The notes beneath the pieces are model-generated. The model was given only the letters and a program-made list of their open reading frames with translations. It was not told the origin of the DNA and searched no databases. The position numbers were made by a program, and so were the translations under genes. DNA of 64,000 bases from Octopus sinensis (lineage: Eukaryota). The DNA lies in the NCBI RefSeq assembly GCF_006345805.1, contig NC_043003.1, forward strand, positions 23,250,001 through 23,314,000, in the 5' to 3' direction. Below are positions 39,986-54,135 of this stretch, piece by piece. Position 1 is the first letter of the stretch. Every line of letters begins with the position of its first letter.

Positions 39986-41646
39986 TAATGTTTCTATCAA
40001 ACGGGCTATGAACATTGAAATCAGCGTAAACGTGTTCATTGCGTTTCTTAAAATGTCATGTTCTTATAATGTTTCTTATAATATCATATTCAACAGAACA
40101 GCTAAACGATTAGCAGATGGCAATATGCTGACATCAGAAGACCTCCGTTGAATAATTAGAGTTGCTAGACGATAAATGCTTTTGAATAAATGAAGAAAGT
40201 TATGAAATGAAATATGCCAGCTGAACGAAGAAATTAAATCAACAAGCAAAATGTGTATGTTGAAAAGAAAATGTTGCATGTTTCGATGAATTTAAAAGAA
40301 AAAAACACGAAATGTTTAAAAGTTTTACGTGAACGATTGAAGACAATTTCACTACGCAGTAGTTCAATATAAAGAGACATTTGAGGGAAAACATTACTTG
40401 AAATACATAAAGAAATTTTAAAAACTAGAATATATGATATTCAGCCGTGTTGAATAAGAAAGGATATGGATTATCTGAGCGTAATACTGACACTAAGGGG
40501 AAACTAAATGACAGAAAAAAATTGTAAATGACGCGGCGTATATAAAGAATGTAAGGATGAAAACTCTCATTCATTGGGTCCCCAGTTTACCAGATAGGGA
40601 AATAGCCTGTACATATATAGGTTAACTGCGAATACTCAATAAGTAGTCCCGGGAAAAATCATGAGTTGCTTTCGGCAAGGCATAGCGCCCGTTAGTCACC
40701 CTGCCAGGGTCACGGTGGAATCCTTAATCCCCGAAATGCCATTATCATTGGAAAGTCGGACGGTAGTACTGAATGAAATGCAAATCATAAAAATTACTTT
40801 GTCTTTGGATTTCTTCCTGCTTCACAGAACAAATTGCATTTTTAATGGAGCAAGAAAAAATAATGGCTCGTCTAGGCTCAAAGGTTCATATATATCAGGC
40901 TGACAAGACCCATGTCTAAAGACGGTGGCCTAGAAGTCAAGCACCAATGAATAATGTGTGTTATGAATGCACTATCGTCATAAAAAGGAGACGTCCGTTC
41001 TCCTGTGACATACGCGACAGCCACTAGCATATTTTCCATTCGAATCGGCCGGAAAGTATTAACAATAGATATGCATATCAGCGTTTAAATCGTTGCTGTA
41101 AACAGTGCAAATAAATATAGATATGTACACACACATGCGCACACATATACGTATACACAAAATACACATACACACACAAATTTACAGAGAAACGAAAAAC
41201 AAAGATGGGTGTATGAACAACAAGCAAGTGTAGTAGTCTCACGCTTCGGAAAGTGAGAAAGTATTTTACATTTCAAGCCTTCGCTCTCCAACAGAAAGGA
41301 ATGAGAGAAAAATAAAAAGAGAGAGAATAAAAAAGTTGTGGATTTAGCGGTCAAGCACGATGTTCATACATATCTACATACAAACAAATAAATACACATA
41401 TTTATACAAAAGTAGGATAAAATAACGTCAAAATATATACAAGGTAAGAAAAACATGAATATAGATTTCTTCGAACCAAAATTCAATTTTGCGATTTCTT
41501 GAAGAATATTTCTCAAATTTGAAACTTGAGTCGACTTGTATAACTTCAAAATTAATTGCCAGTGTTGATACATATGCTAATCATGAATACTTGTAGCCAT
41601 TCATCGATCGATCCATCCATACATACATATATATGTGTGTGTGTAT

Positions 41647-41679
<33 letters not shown>

Positions 41680-41732
41680 ATATATATAGACATATATAAG
41701 ATATATATATATATATTTATTATATAATATAT

Positions 41733-41765
<33 letters not shown>

Positions 41766-42321
41766 ATTATAGTATGTATGTATGTATGTATACGCATACA
41801 GTCACACAAATATCACCATCTCAGATGATAGCGTCTTCTTTAAGAGACAATTACATTATTTTCTTGAAGAGTCTTTCTGTTATAAATTGCAAGGGCAAAA
41901 TGCTTTATATCCGTAGTTAAATGAACAGGATGCAGGGAGGACGAGATGGCGGTTAAGCATGTTTTTATGCGCAGTTCGAAACAAGGAAACTGTTTTTAAG
42001 TTTTTCGATAACATTATACTAAAACACCAGTAGCAATTTTCTAAGGAGTACACTTTTGAAGTGGTTTGCCTAACCTGTTTATTCTTAATCTGTACATTAT
42101 ATTATACACGCACGCACGGACGCACACACCACACACACACACACACATATGCATGCGCACTCATAGATTTATTCTTCCATGCAAGAATGGTTACACACAC
42201 AAACACATACATTTTTACATTAAGGGCTGTTACTATAAATAAAGCCACATGCTGAAAGGATAAAATCTGATATAGATTTTTATCCTTATATTTAATTGAT
42301 ACATACATACATACACACACG

Positions 42322-42377
<56 letters not shown>

Positions 42378-42383
42378 ATATAT

Positions 42384-42414
<31 letters not shown>

Positions 42415-42557
42415 CATACGTACATATATATATATATATATATACACATATGTATAAACACTGATAGATTTTATGCTTGCATGCAAGGATGTTTACACTC
42501 ACCTCCACACATATATGTATATAATACACATACATTTACACATACATACGTATACAC

Positions 42558-42596
<39 letters not shown>

Positions 42597-42680
42597 TATA
42601 TATATATATATATACACAGAGGGAGAGAGAGAGAGAGATGGGGAGATAGATAAAGATAGATAGATAGATAGATAGATACA

Positions 42681-42712
<32 letters not shown>

Positions 42713-43898
42713 ATGAAGTTATTTCTAAATATGTGGAACTTCCTACTTCGCTATCTACAGTATTGTTTCCTTAAGTAGATGCATTCTATAAGAACTTTAA
42801 CACACTCACTTTAGTAATGGGACCCGATGAAAATAAAATAAATAAAATTCTTCTAACTGCGATACAATTGATAATATTATTGCTAAAGATACTTTTATAT
42901 TTTACTTCTAGAATAATTTCATTGATAATTCGTACTTGGCGATGCAAATGAAATATAACAAAAATGACATCTACAAATATGGAAGCATTTTACATGTCAT
43001 ATCTGTTTTCCGTAAGTACATATGCGCTTTTGTGGTTTGTGCATCTGTGAGTATTCAATCTTATCAATTGAACATATTTATTATGATAAAGATGATGTGT
43101 GGATAAAAGTTTCTATTATGTATGTTTTCTCCGTAAATATAGTCTATAGGCGTTACGTGTGTATTCGCGCATGAGGCGTGTGCGTATTTTCTTGCTAGAA
43201 GCTGATCGCACCCATCTGCTTTTGTTTTCGTTGAACTTCGATATAAAAGATTGACAACAAACAGGAGGGTGTAAAGGAACATACTGAAGCGATAGCAAAC
43301 GAGAAATAACCGAAAAACAATGATGCCAAAATGATGCATTCTATCAGAAATAAAAACACCCACAGAACGAGAAAGAGGAAGACAGAGAGCGACAGAGTAA
43401 GAGATAGAGAAGGAGCGAGAGAGGGAAAGGTAGAGATAAGGGAAAAGCGATAATAGGAAATATTTATTGGATTCAGTAAATTATCTAGTTTAATCAGAGG
43501 AAAAGATATTTTTTGCAAGAGAAATACGTGCGCACGCACGCACGCACACATATTTGGGAGGAATGTGGAAACATGTCTAAGAGGTAAGCTGAAGAAATAT
43601 TAAAAGTGATTTTAACGGAAAGAGATTGGGGCAAAAAGCACGTACCTACGCCGGGAAAGAAAATAAGTGATAGGATTAATGAGAGATAAATGTTTTGAGC
43701 GAGATTGTGCTAGTTCAATAATGGTAAGTGAATTACAAAGGGGAAATCGACGTTAGAAGTTACAAACAGAAGGCGAAGAATCGAGAATGTTTTATGGAGA
43801 GTGTTGTGCATTGTAACCTTATTTAGAGAAGTAAATACGTGAGAATAGTTTGACTGAAAGAGAAAGAAGAAAACACAGAAAGGGAGAGGTAGCGATGA

Positions 43899-43935
<37 letters not shown>

Positions 43936-44009
43936 TGTATGTGTGTGTGTATATATATATATGCATGTATGTGTGTGTGTTTATATATATATATAAATGC
44001 ATGTATGTG

Positions 44010-44054
<45 letters not shown>

Positions 44055-44574
44055 GTGCCTACATATATATATAAATTGCCTAGCATAACTTCCTTTTTGT
44101 ACAGGTTAGTAGAATAAGAGTGTTTTGGAGTAATTATCTATTGTTCAATACACATTCTAGAGTGAGAATACAAAAATGAATGAATAAATAAATAAATAAA
44201 AGGGTTAAGTATTCTCTTCTATATTTTTGTTCCACGTTTAAAAGAATATTACTTTCTCCGTCATGCGTAGACGCACCTTTCGATATATATCTTTTTTTAT
44301 ATATCTTATCAACAGAGCTTATGCAATTAGTGAATTTACGTTAGTTCTTTAAGTTGTGAATATATGGTTTATTGTAAAATAAAGCAAATATAAATGAATA
44401 AATAAATGAAACACAAGAGCTGTCAGAGAAATGATATTTTTTTAACAAACTAGTATTTGTCAAAATGTAGATATATATCGCCGGACAAGTTCATTGAATT
44501 TAGCAAATAATTTGACTTAGTAAGGATGTGGGTTTTTTTTTATACTTCTTTTATTTTTCAAAATTACAATAAAC

Positions 44575-45410
44575 AAAGATCTTTTTTAACCTAAAATATA
44601 CTCTCCTACATTTTCTACAATGCTCTTCCATTTATCTGGTATACTTGCAAAACCACTCTTTAAAATTCATTTTTCCGTGGCAAAAAAAAATTCTCCTGTA
44701 TTCTTCTGGCCTCGTCTAGAGAATTCATATTTTTTCCGTCCAAATGATTTTGAAGACTGTGGAATAAATGACAATCAGATATGGTAATACACGGTGAATA
44801 TGGTGGGTGGGGCATTGCTTCCCATTCAAACTGCTCCAGCCTTTAGAATGTTATCCTCGCTGTATGTGGTTGAGCATTATCCTGATGGAAGAATACCTTT
44901 CGACTTGAAATCAAAGATGGTTGTATTACTTCTAGCGCTGACTTAAGCCGCTCAAGCCACTCGCAGTAGATCTCCTTTGTTATCCTTTGCTTTGGGTTTA
45001 AAAGTTCAAAGTGGATTAACCTTTCATATCCCATTGTCTTCGGCGCTTGCCATTTTTATAGAGAACCCATTTCTCATCACCAGTCACTATTCGGACCAAA
45101 AAAGGCTCATTCGTGAGACGTGACAGGAACGAAGGGCACACATTTACTCTCTGGTGTGATTAAACTCGGAAAGTTTGTTAGGAACCCATTCACGCCATTT
45201 GCTGACTTTTCCGATGACACGAAGGTGTCGATGAATGGTTGGATAAATAAATCCAAACTTCTCTGCCAGTTTCGCAACAGTTACGATTGGAGTTTGTTAC
45301 ACCAGGTTTTGCAGGACGTCCTCAACGAGCTCTTCAAATCTTCTAGGACGAGGCTCATCTTCTAGGCTGTAGATTCCGGCTCTGAATTTCGGGAACCACT
45401 TGAAAAATGA
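44575..45410 (-). pseudogene. Mariner DD34D transposase pseudogene (5'-truncated)
   Basis: Minus frames give KWREWVP, IVTGDEKWVLY, FHQDNAQPHTA and HPPYSPCITISD, with 34 residues between the two D; stops are present. Confidence 0.88.
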
Positions 45411-45750
45411 GTGTTAAAATTGAACTTCACTCTTCAAAACTTGCAGTAAGAATAATTACAAGGTGAAAAAGCTACCTGCTTTTATATCAAGTTCATGCAG
45501 TTATCCCGTCCCCCTCCGACTTTCAGTTCATGCAACCGCTTTATTTATTAGATTACCATGGCTACCGAATAATTGTCACATATTACATTTACAGATATAT
45601 ATATACATGCATATATATATGGGTAATGTTTTTTAATTGTTCCTTAAATTTCGGAATTACTACTATTTGCGGTTGGAGCCCAGGCTGCTCTTTCTACTGG
45701 GTCGAACGGCCTATTGTGGTCGTTCCTCAATTATTGTTGAATTATATATA

Positions 45751-45790
<40 letters not shown>

Positions 45791-45819
45791 TATATATATT
45801 ATATATATATATATATATA

Positions 45820-45980
45820 CACATTTTTTTCTCTCCTTGTTTTCTGTGTCCCTTTCTGTAGAAGAGCGTAGGCTCGAAGCGTAAAAGACTTTTTCTATTC
45901 CTGAGCGTTATACTAATACATCTGTTTGTTTTGTACACCACCTCTCTTCGTCTTTTGTTTTTTTCTGTAAACTCTCCCTA
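45820..45980 (+). mobile_element. Family B PLE-terminal-like repeat with hammerhead-like motif at 45852-45887
   Basis: CTTT-CTGTAGA-A-GAGC-GTAG-GCTC-GAAG-C-GTA-AAAG. Helices I and II pair, but the core has U6 and G15.1. Confidence 0.6.
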
Positions 45981-45987
45981 TATATAT

Positions 45988-46287
45988 ATGGCCCAGTGGT
46001 TAGGGCAGCGGACTCGCGGTTGTAGGATCGCGGTTTCGATTCCCAGACCGGGCGTTGTGAGTATTTATTGAGCGAAAACGCCTAAAGCTCCACGAGGCTC
46101 CGGCAGGGGGTGGTGGCGATCCCTGCTGTACGCTTTCGCCACAACTTTTTCTCCCTCTTTCTTCTCTTGGCCTGCTCGCTTAGCCAGCGGGGTGGCGTCA
46201 TTTGAAGGCTAAAACAATGCGAAGCGCATTGTGACCAGCGATATGTAGCAACATCTGATAGCCTGGTCGGTCACGGTGATCACGGTG

Positions 46288-46290
<3 letters not shown>
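45988..46290 (+). mobile_element. tRNA-derived SINE family 3, full copy
   Basis: TGGCCCAGTGGTTAGG A box, GGTTTCGATTCC B-box-like, tail GGTCACGGTGATCACGGTGA. Confidence 0.85.
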
Positions 46291-46331
<41 letters not shown>

Positions 46332-47967
46332 ATCTATGTATGTAAGTATGTATATATGTAGGTACATATGTATGTATTATAGAAAGTTGCCATTATCAAA
46401 ATGTGAATGAATATGTATTGTCCAAAGACTGATACAAGACCCAATTAATTCTGTGCAGTTATATGTGTATACCTTTTTTAACCGCCTGGGGTGTGGATCG
46501 AGCCGTTGACCGTGCAATATGAACGGTAGGGCATTAGCCCGTCCCTCCTATGGCCCCTAAATCTTGCCAGTCAATGGGGATATTGGTTCAGTGTGCCGAA
46601 TGAATGCATTGGAGAAATGGTTGAAGGCTGTGGAGAGATTATTGGAAATATGACAAAGTAATTCAGCGAAGAGTATAAGGCATTCATTAAAAGGCTACAA
46701 TGACCTCAGCTTCGTTTGCCAGCCGGTTGATATCAATTTAATGCCGCAGGGACTTTTTAATCACTCTTTATATCATGAAGTTCCGTGAAATGTTAATTGC
46801 TCTTTTAATGATAGCAGTACATCTTGTATTTATAATGTCTCATTGTATACGTTTTATAAACAATAAATCTGTTAGTAGAGACTATAATGTAGCTGGATAT
46901 TTCTCTTTTATGTCTTTTGAAGAACGTTAATTTCGCACTAATTACTGGGATCAAAGATAGCTATATACTATAAACTACATCATTACCTGTTTATATATCT
47001 TGCTATTCACTATGTTTTCCTACATCTTAATTTATGACTAAGTACACAAAGAAGTAGCAAGATATAAAGCAGACTGCATTTTCGCGAAATATTATTGCTT
47101 TGTTTGGTCATGAAGTTTACACTTATGCTGACGATAGTATGAATTATTAGTAATTGTTTGTAAGAGTGTTCTAGTAATAGTATATTACTTTAAGTGTGTG
47201 AACAAATTGCGATAATCGAAACACTCAACATAAACTGCAAACCTTACTCTTATCAATTAACTTCCTTGTCTAATATTACTCATTCTAAAAACGATAATAT
47301 TAATAATAAGAGAAACAAGAATAAGAATAAAAATAATCATAGCGTTTTCTGCATTAGTTATACGATGTGGACGTCATGTATGAAAGAAAAAGAGATTTTA
47401 AAGACGTGGAGGTTAGGACAGAAAAGTTGCATACGGCAGATGGGTGTGATAAAAGACGTCATACAGCACACACACGCACACACACACACACATAAATATA
47501 TTCACACACACATACATATATATACATAAATTTATGCTTACATACATATACACATACACAAGCACATATCTGAAGAAAAATTCTTACAAGTAAAATTTAT
47601 ACAGACATAAAAAAGAAACAGGAAGAAACATATAAAATTAAACTTCCACTTGCGTTGATTACGGTACCCGAGTTTCTGATTACGCTTTCACCCTACTAAC
47701 CATAATTAGTCTTCAGAACTGGGTATTCCAATCTCTTCCACAGGGAGGTCTGGATTTTCATTTAAAATTGATAAAGTTATTTCCTTCAGATCGTTGGCAT
47801 ATAGCGTTTCATAACCTCTGTTCGAAATGTGAACTATTATTCTTTCGTTTAATCTTGAGGATCACTTGCCCTCCTTTATAAAATCTGGATACCACCTCAT
47901 AAGAATGGTCACTCCATTGCGCAATTTTATACTTCTCTTCTTTAATTTTTCGTTTCCTCTTTTTCTG

Positions 47968-48047
47968 TATTTTTTTAAGGAAATTTTGCTTAACCCCACC
48001 CACATCTATTTTTTAAGGAAATTTTGCTTAACCCCACCCACATCTAT
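47968..48047. repeat. 40-bp tandem duplication
   Basis: TATTTTTTAAGGAAATTTTGCTTAACCCCACCCACATCTA occurs twice in tandem. Confidence 0.9.
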
Positions 48048-48689
48048 CTGATACTATCCTAATAAGTGGAGATAATGTTGTTACTATTATGCAAAATTCG
48101 CAGTCGTTGTATGCGTGTTGTTAGGTAACTTTTTTTGTCTTCACTAGGTGGGACTGGGAGACGAGGGGTGCTTTTAGTTTTTATGGCTCGCTCCTCGTAG
48201 TGCGGAGGGCGGATTTTGATTTGGAAACCAAACACTTTTGTTTAATAGAATCATAAAATGAACGATACAACAAATGACTCGCTGCAGGTTTTGTCCGTTT
48301 AGACTTTTTTGCAGAAAGTATTTTGATGAAATTTGTTTGCACGTATGTAATACCTGGGATACCTTCTCTAGACGCTGAGATTTAATGGCTTGCTCTCAGT
48401 ATCCTTTACTGGACACCGTTTTGGCACAGTTTTCTCGTCACACGTCAAACACGAAGAATTGTATGGCAACAATAACATATTACCAAATGTTGCACCTACG
48501 GATTTCCTCACATTTTGTCACAAAGGTGACTTGTTGCCATGGATTCACATAGTCATCGATATAACTCTTTATCAAATATAGCAACAGCAGCAGATTATGA
48601 GCAGATGTTTCGCCTATTATTCGCACTTGGAATTTCGCCCAGCCTTCTGCTTTATAAACATTTCAAATTTCGGCACAAGGCCCGCATTG

Positions 48690-48840
48690 CTCAATTAGTA
48701 CTCATCTTATCAACTTCGAAAGAAGGATGAAAGTTAAAGTCAATCTTGGCAGAATTTGAACTCAGAATATAAGGAGCCGAAAGGAATGCTTCGCAGTATG
48801 TCTTCCTACGCGCTAACGGTACTGCCAGCTGCCGCCTTCT
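48690..48840 (-). mobile_element. Degenerate SINE family 2
   Basis: GAAGGATGAAAGTTAAAGTCAATCTTGGCAGAATTTGAACTCAGAA...GCGCTAACG..CTGCCAGCT. Confidence 0.65.
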
Positions 48841-49066
48841 GTTTTAAAGAAATGTAACAAATATAACATACAGTACTATATCCCTTCCGTCTCTCAAAGA
48901 GGGATATTTCTTTAAAACATTAAGACATTAAAACATTAAAACCTAAAATAATCCGGGATACATTTCTGGTTCTCTATTTTAATTAATCAGTCCACCTGCT
49001 AGGAGCAGCAGCCAATTCTCCTTTAAATCATACCGTGTCTAGATGATGCAGTTGTGGGTTCCGTAT

Positions 49067-49301
49067 ATATAGGGTTCGCCCAAATTCACCAGACACTAAA
49101 TCAAAATTCCGTACGTACTATCTGTATTTCTGTATTGGCTCGAATGGAAAAATGTGACGCTTTAGAAGGACTTCAGTTTGAACAGTTTTCATGGTTTCAT
49201 ATTTAGACGCCTTTAATAAATTCATTCAGTTGATAAACATAATTAAATCTTGGAATTAAATGATTTTGATTTACTGTCAGGGACGTTTGGCCAACCCTAT
49301 G
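49067..49301. mobile_element. Possible Tc1/mariner MITE
   Basis: Imperfect TIRs ATAGGGTTCGCCCAAA / TTTGGCCAACCCTAT with TA flanks. Confidence 0.45.
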
Positions 49302-49389
49302 TAAGAGGAAAAACTGAATGATCAAAGTTGAAATATTGTATGTTTGCACGACAGCAAAAGACCTCATAATAATAAGCAGCAGCTGAGTG

Positions 49390-49642
49390 TAGGCGCAATG
49401 ACCCAGTGGTTAGGGCAGCGGACTCGCGGTCGTAAGAATGCGGTTTCGATTCCTAGACCGGGCATTGTGAGTGTTTATTGAGCAAAAACACCCAAGCTGC
49501 ATGTACCCCACGATGGTTCAGCTCCCCACCTGTTAAAAGCCACCGTTCACGGAATGAGAATAACAACGTAGTTTTCATGCCCGTGCAACTGCCAGTCTAT
49601 CGCATGTGGTGGGTGGATCTTCAACTTGCCACACGCATTCTT
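49390..49642 (+). mobile_element. SINE family 3 head joined to the shared 131-bp segment
   Basis: TGACCCAGTGGTTAGG...GGTTTCGATTCC, followed by 49512-49642, which matches 23892-24022. Confidence 0.7.
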
Positions 49643-52600
49643 ATTAGCTTAGAGATTATTCTTTGTGGCTAATGGCGCGAGTCCTGATTAGAAGAAGAGG
49701 AAAAAGAAGAAAGCTCAGCAACACCTGCAGCAGCAGCAGTAGCAATTACAAACAGCACCACAAAATAACAATAATACTGCGATCAATATCAAAATCAGAA
49801 CCATATTTAGATAGTTTTTACTTGCAGAAAAGCGAGGTATTATACGTATTAGCTCTTGATTTAACATCCATATTTGCAAAAATGTATATTCGCTGTGTGA
49901 TGTTGGAAAGAGCGAAAACGAAAAACAAAAAGCGGAAATTGTTCAGAAGACATATTTCACATATAAAAGCAATACTCTAGCAATGTGCATAGCATGATTT
50001 AATAAATTTTAGCAAGAAGTATATTTATACGTAATTGGTCACAATTTGGGAAACGTATTAACAGTTTATGTTTCAAAAGAATAAATTTTCTGCAAAAAAA
50101 AAAGAATAAAAGAAAAAAATATGTTGTTACTGCTAAGCAGAGAAGAAGTGAACCATTACCTGTTAATGCAAACTAACTGAAATTCTTCTCCTCAATGCAC
50201 ACTAGCAAAATAAAACGGAAGCTGAATTCGGAAACGTTTATCATCAACATGTAGTCAGGTATGACAAGGATAAATTATGAAAAATTTAGCGCATTGCGAA
50301 TATATGGGGATTTGTTTGCACAACTACATTCAATTGCTGTGATTTTAATTTCATTTCCACATAAGCTGGCATTAATTATTGTTGCAAATATTTTATATCG
50401 ATATTGATATATCGATATAGGACTTTAATATTCTTTTCCATATATTTCTCAATAGGCTTATGGTCATCTTTTCAAATTCATTAAGTAAATCAATTTTATT
50501 ATTGAACTCTTGAACCGACATCTGAAGAATTAAGAAGATACTAAGACCTACACGAAAAATTAAACTAGTTCTACAAATGTTACGAACTAATACAAAAAAA
50601 AGGATCTCTATGTAGCATCAAAAATATTTGCATACTAAACGTATGCCTCGGCCAATAGCATCTATGGAGAAAATAAAGCACCAAAAATATTAACATGATA
50701 ATCAGCTTCATTGAAAATAACACAAGTGTGAGAGTATGAGGCAGTATACAAAACCTGGATTTAAAAGATGGAAGAAACGAATATTTTGGAAAAATAGCAA
50801 AAATAGGTGAGATATTGAGATAGAAGAAATTCGTCATATTAAGGACGGGTGGTGTTGGATGACCAAAGCAGTAATGATAGAAAGTCAATGCACATGGTTA
50901 GCATAGAGGACATCTGTACAAAAAGCAGCTGTTGTGGTACGTGTTGAGAATGGAGAAAATCTAGTTGCAGATATGCCTGACAATGGTGTATATAGGTCGA
51001 TGCAAAGGCTTTCAACACCTGAATTGCAACCTATTTTTTATTTAGGAGGTAAATACACGAAGACGCAAAAGCTTAAACAAAGAAAATATGAGACCGAGTT
51101 TTTGAAAGTTGCTCAGGAAACGATGGTAGAAATGCATTGGCGCCCAACCCCTATTGTTATAATCAAGCAACGCACTCACATTACATTAAGTCATGACTTG
51201 ACGAAAAAGGCCCTGATTACTGAGGGCAATATAAGGTGGGTATATGAGTTAGGGAGTGGCTTCAGGTACGAAGATATTAGTATATGATGCATCTGTAGAT
51301 GAATTTGTTAACACATCCAGCTTGTGATATGTCTGTCAATGGACTTAGAAAAGATAGCAGAGTTGTGTGTAAAAGAGTTATATATCTACGGCAGAAAAAT
51401 GTAAACGACCATAGCTGAGTATAATGAAACATTTCTTGGTGAGTAGTAAAACAAAATGTTGCCTACATTTTTGGAACGTGTACAACTGCAGAGGGTATGT
51501 TGAATTATCTATTGTATAGAGAATGGTTCTGGTTTTACGTCTCGCATACTATATTTAATTTGAAAATGGTCTTGGATAGAAATACATCGAAATATCTTAT
51601 TGTACAAGAACTATAGTTTTCACAACCGCATGACAAGATGGTAGCTGTCAATGACTAAACCACTTCTACATTGGTCTGGTATCTGCAATAACCTGATGTC
51701 GTGCATCTACGCAATTCCAACTGTAAGTGCTTATACAATACTCTTAGTAGGCTAGTTTATTCAATACACTTTGACACATGTTTAAATAACTGAAGTTATG
51801 TGCAGAAAAAACTTAAATGTCAATAGAATTTTGTAAATAGCCAATTTTCATAATTGTGTGCATGATATAAATAATTCTATGAGAGTAAACAATTTCACTG
51901 ACCGGGAAATGATGAAATAATAAATTTATCATAAAAATAAACGATATTTATGATGTATCTGTCTGCATAAGTCATCTACTGAATGCCAATACCCCGGTTA
52001 GAAAATAAGAATTATAGCAGTATTGAGACATATGTAACAAAGGAGAAATAAACATATATATTTGTTATTTATTATTGCAATATTATTGCAATTTTATAAT
52101 GTCCCATTGAAAGCTTGATGTAACATGAAGACATTTTCTGACCTCTGTCGTGATGCAGATTAAATTATTCTGGTATTTATTCAAAAAGCTTGCAATCCAG
52201 TGAATCTTTCTAGGTACCATACCTCCAAAACGTATACATAGACGTGCAAATACTAGATTTTGTGTAATAATATCTCTCTTTCATACAATCGTAGATGGCA
52301 GCAATAATCTGTTTTAGGCAATATCTCTAATGACAGGGGTAGCTCATTTTTGAATTTCGTTCAATTAACTGAATGACCCGCGATGCCTATGTCTTACAAC
52401 ACCTAGAAAATGCTACATATTTCAACATTAAGTTTCCCAGTAACTTTCCAAGACCTTCTGCATTTGAGCTCTCAGTCCCATTCCAGTACATCTCTAGGTA
52501 CTATCCGGTAGAGATATATCCTATCCGTGTCAGCTTGCTGTTTAAGGATGCATTCAGAATTTTAGTCTATTTCGTTTGCAATAAAATTATAGTTATCGAT

Positions 52601-53914
52601 AATTCAAATGCTAACTTCCAGTCATCTCCCCTTGCTTTTCGTGTAGAACACATCTATGCTTAGGCTGCACAAGTTTAAAGATGCCTCACTTTGCAACTTT
52701 ACAGATAAAATTCTTTTACTCAGATGTTGATTAAGGTTGAATCTTAATTGACATTTCATTCATTAATAAGTGGCACAGTCCCGTAAAGCTAGGTTTTCAT
52801 CATCCTTTTCAGTTACTCCTCTCTATTTGAATAGAGAACATAGTTCTTAGATCGAGTCCCTGACATATTCTCCTCTGATTCTAATCAAAACAGAAAATCA
52901 CATAACATGTTGGGTTGAATAAATAATTGTCATTATGGTTCTTTATTGTTTTGTAGGCTTTACGTGCAATTAGTCATTCCGGACACGTTCAACTACATGG
53001 ACTAGTGTTACTAAAGTGTCTTCATTTGCTTTCATGATTCATTAAGATGTGTAGAGACATCACTAATAAGTATTTTCAAGCGTCCTCAAACTGCTGTGAG
53101 CAAGGGCGCAAATTATCGTAGTTCTTAAGCCTGCACAGAAAGAAAGAATACAATGCACTTCGCTACTAAAGTACCTCCTACTCGTAGTTAAAATGTGACA
53201 TACCGTATGTATTTCTGTTTATTTGAGTTTTATATTTTTTAGATGATGGTATAATGTATGCATTTCCTTTTCGGGTGATTTTATCATTGACGAATCACGT
53301 ATTGTTTTTATGAGCAATGAAATATTTTCATTGAAACCTGTTCAACAAGTTTGTGTAATTTGTAAACATGACTTTTTATAGTAGACAATTTCAAACATTT
53401 TAATGTGTAGTAGCTGAGTCAGCTGTCATCTTAATCATTCGTAGAACTTTAGATGCATCCTGGATATTATTGTACGTAACGTTTTTCAGAAAGAAAAAAT
53501 CAAGGCCACACACATAAATTATAACTTACATTATATGTACGTAAATCAAGGCGTAATATATAGTATTGTGACTAATACAGCTTTGAGTTAAACTCAATAT
53601 GCGTACTGCCTAAGTAGGAAAGTAGCCAAAAATATGAACATAGTTAATAACATATTAATTGCATCTAAATAAAGTGTAGGGACTTTCTTGATACTGTTAA
53701 AAATATTTGTGCAGTAACCAGTTCAGATTTCATTAACATGTAGTCTCGCAGTTAGCATTTTTTTCTGACTTTACTTTAGCGCATGACACATGACAGACAA
53801 ACTACATGCACACTTACACTTCAATTCCTAATTGTAAATGAACATTTAGAAATGGCATGAACCAGGCATGGACAACATTTTTCGAGAAGTGGAACGTATA
53901 TATGTATGTGTGTG

Positions 53915-54135
53915 TATATGTTTGCGTGTCTGTACTAGTCTCGCAACATCGCTTGACAACCGATGCTGGTGTGTTTACGTTTTCGTAACTTAGCGGTTCG
54001 GCAATAGAGACGGATAGAATAAGTACTAGGCTTAAAAAGAATAAGTCTTGGGGGCAATTTGCTCTACTAAAGGCGGTGCTCCAGCATGGCCGCAGTCAAA
54101 TGACTGAAACAAGTAAAAGAGAGCAGAAGGGGAGA
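53915..54135 (+). mobile_element. SINE family 1, 3' half
   Basis: CAACATCGCTTGACAACCGATGCTGGTGTGTTTACG...CCAGCATGGCCGCAGTCAAATGACTGAAACAAGTAAAAGAG. Confidence 0.85.

Noticed and set aside
40640-41050. Repeat-free, higher-GC islands (also 46480-46800) as exons or enhancers
   Set aside because: No convincing ORF or splice structure; conservation cannot be assessed from the sequence alone.
50600-51500. 117-aa ORF at 50934-51287 with ENLVADM, possibly Gypsy pol
   Set aside because: Only a faint motif resemblance; I could not align further RNase H or integrase motifs.
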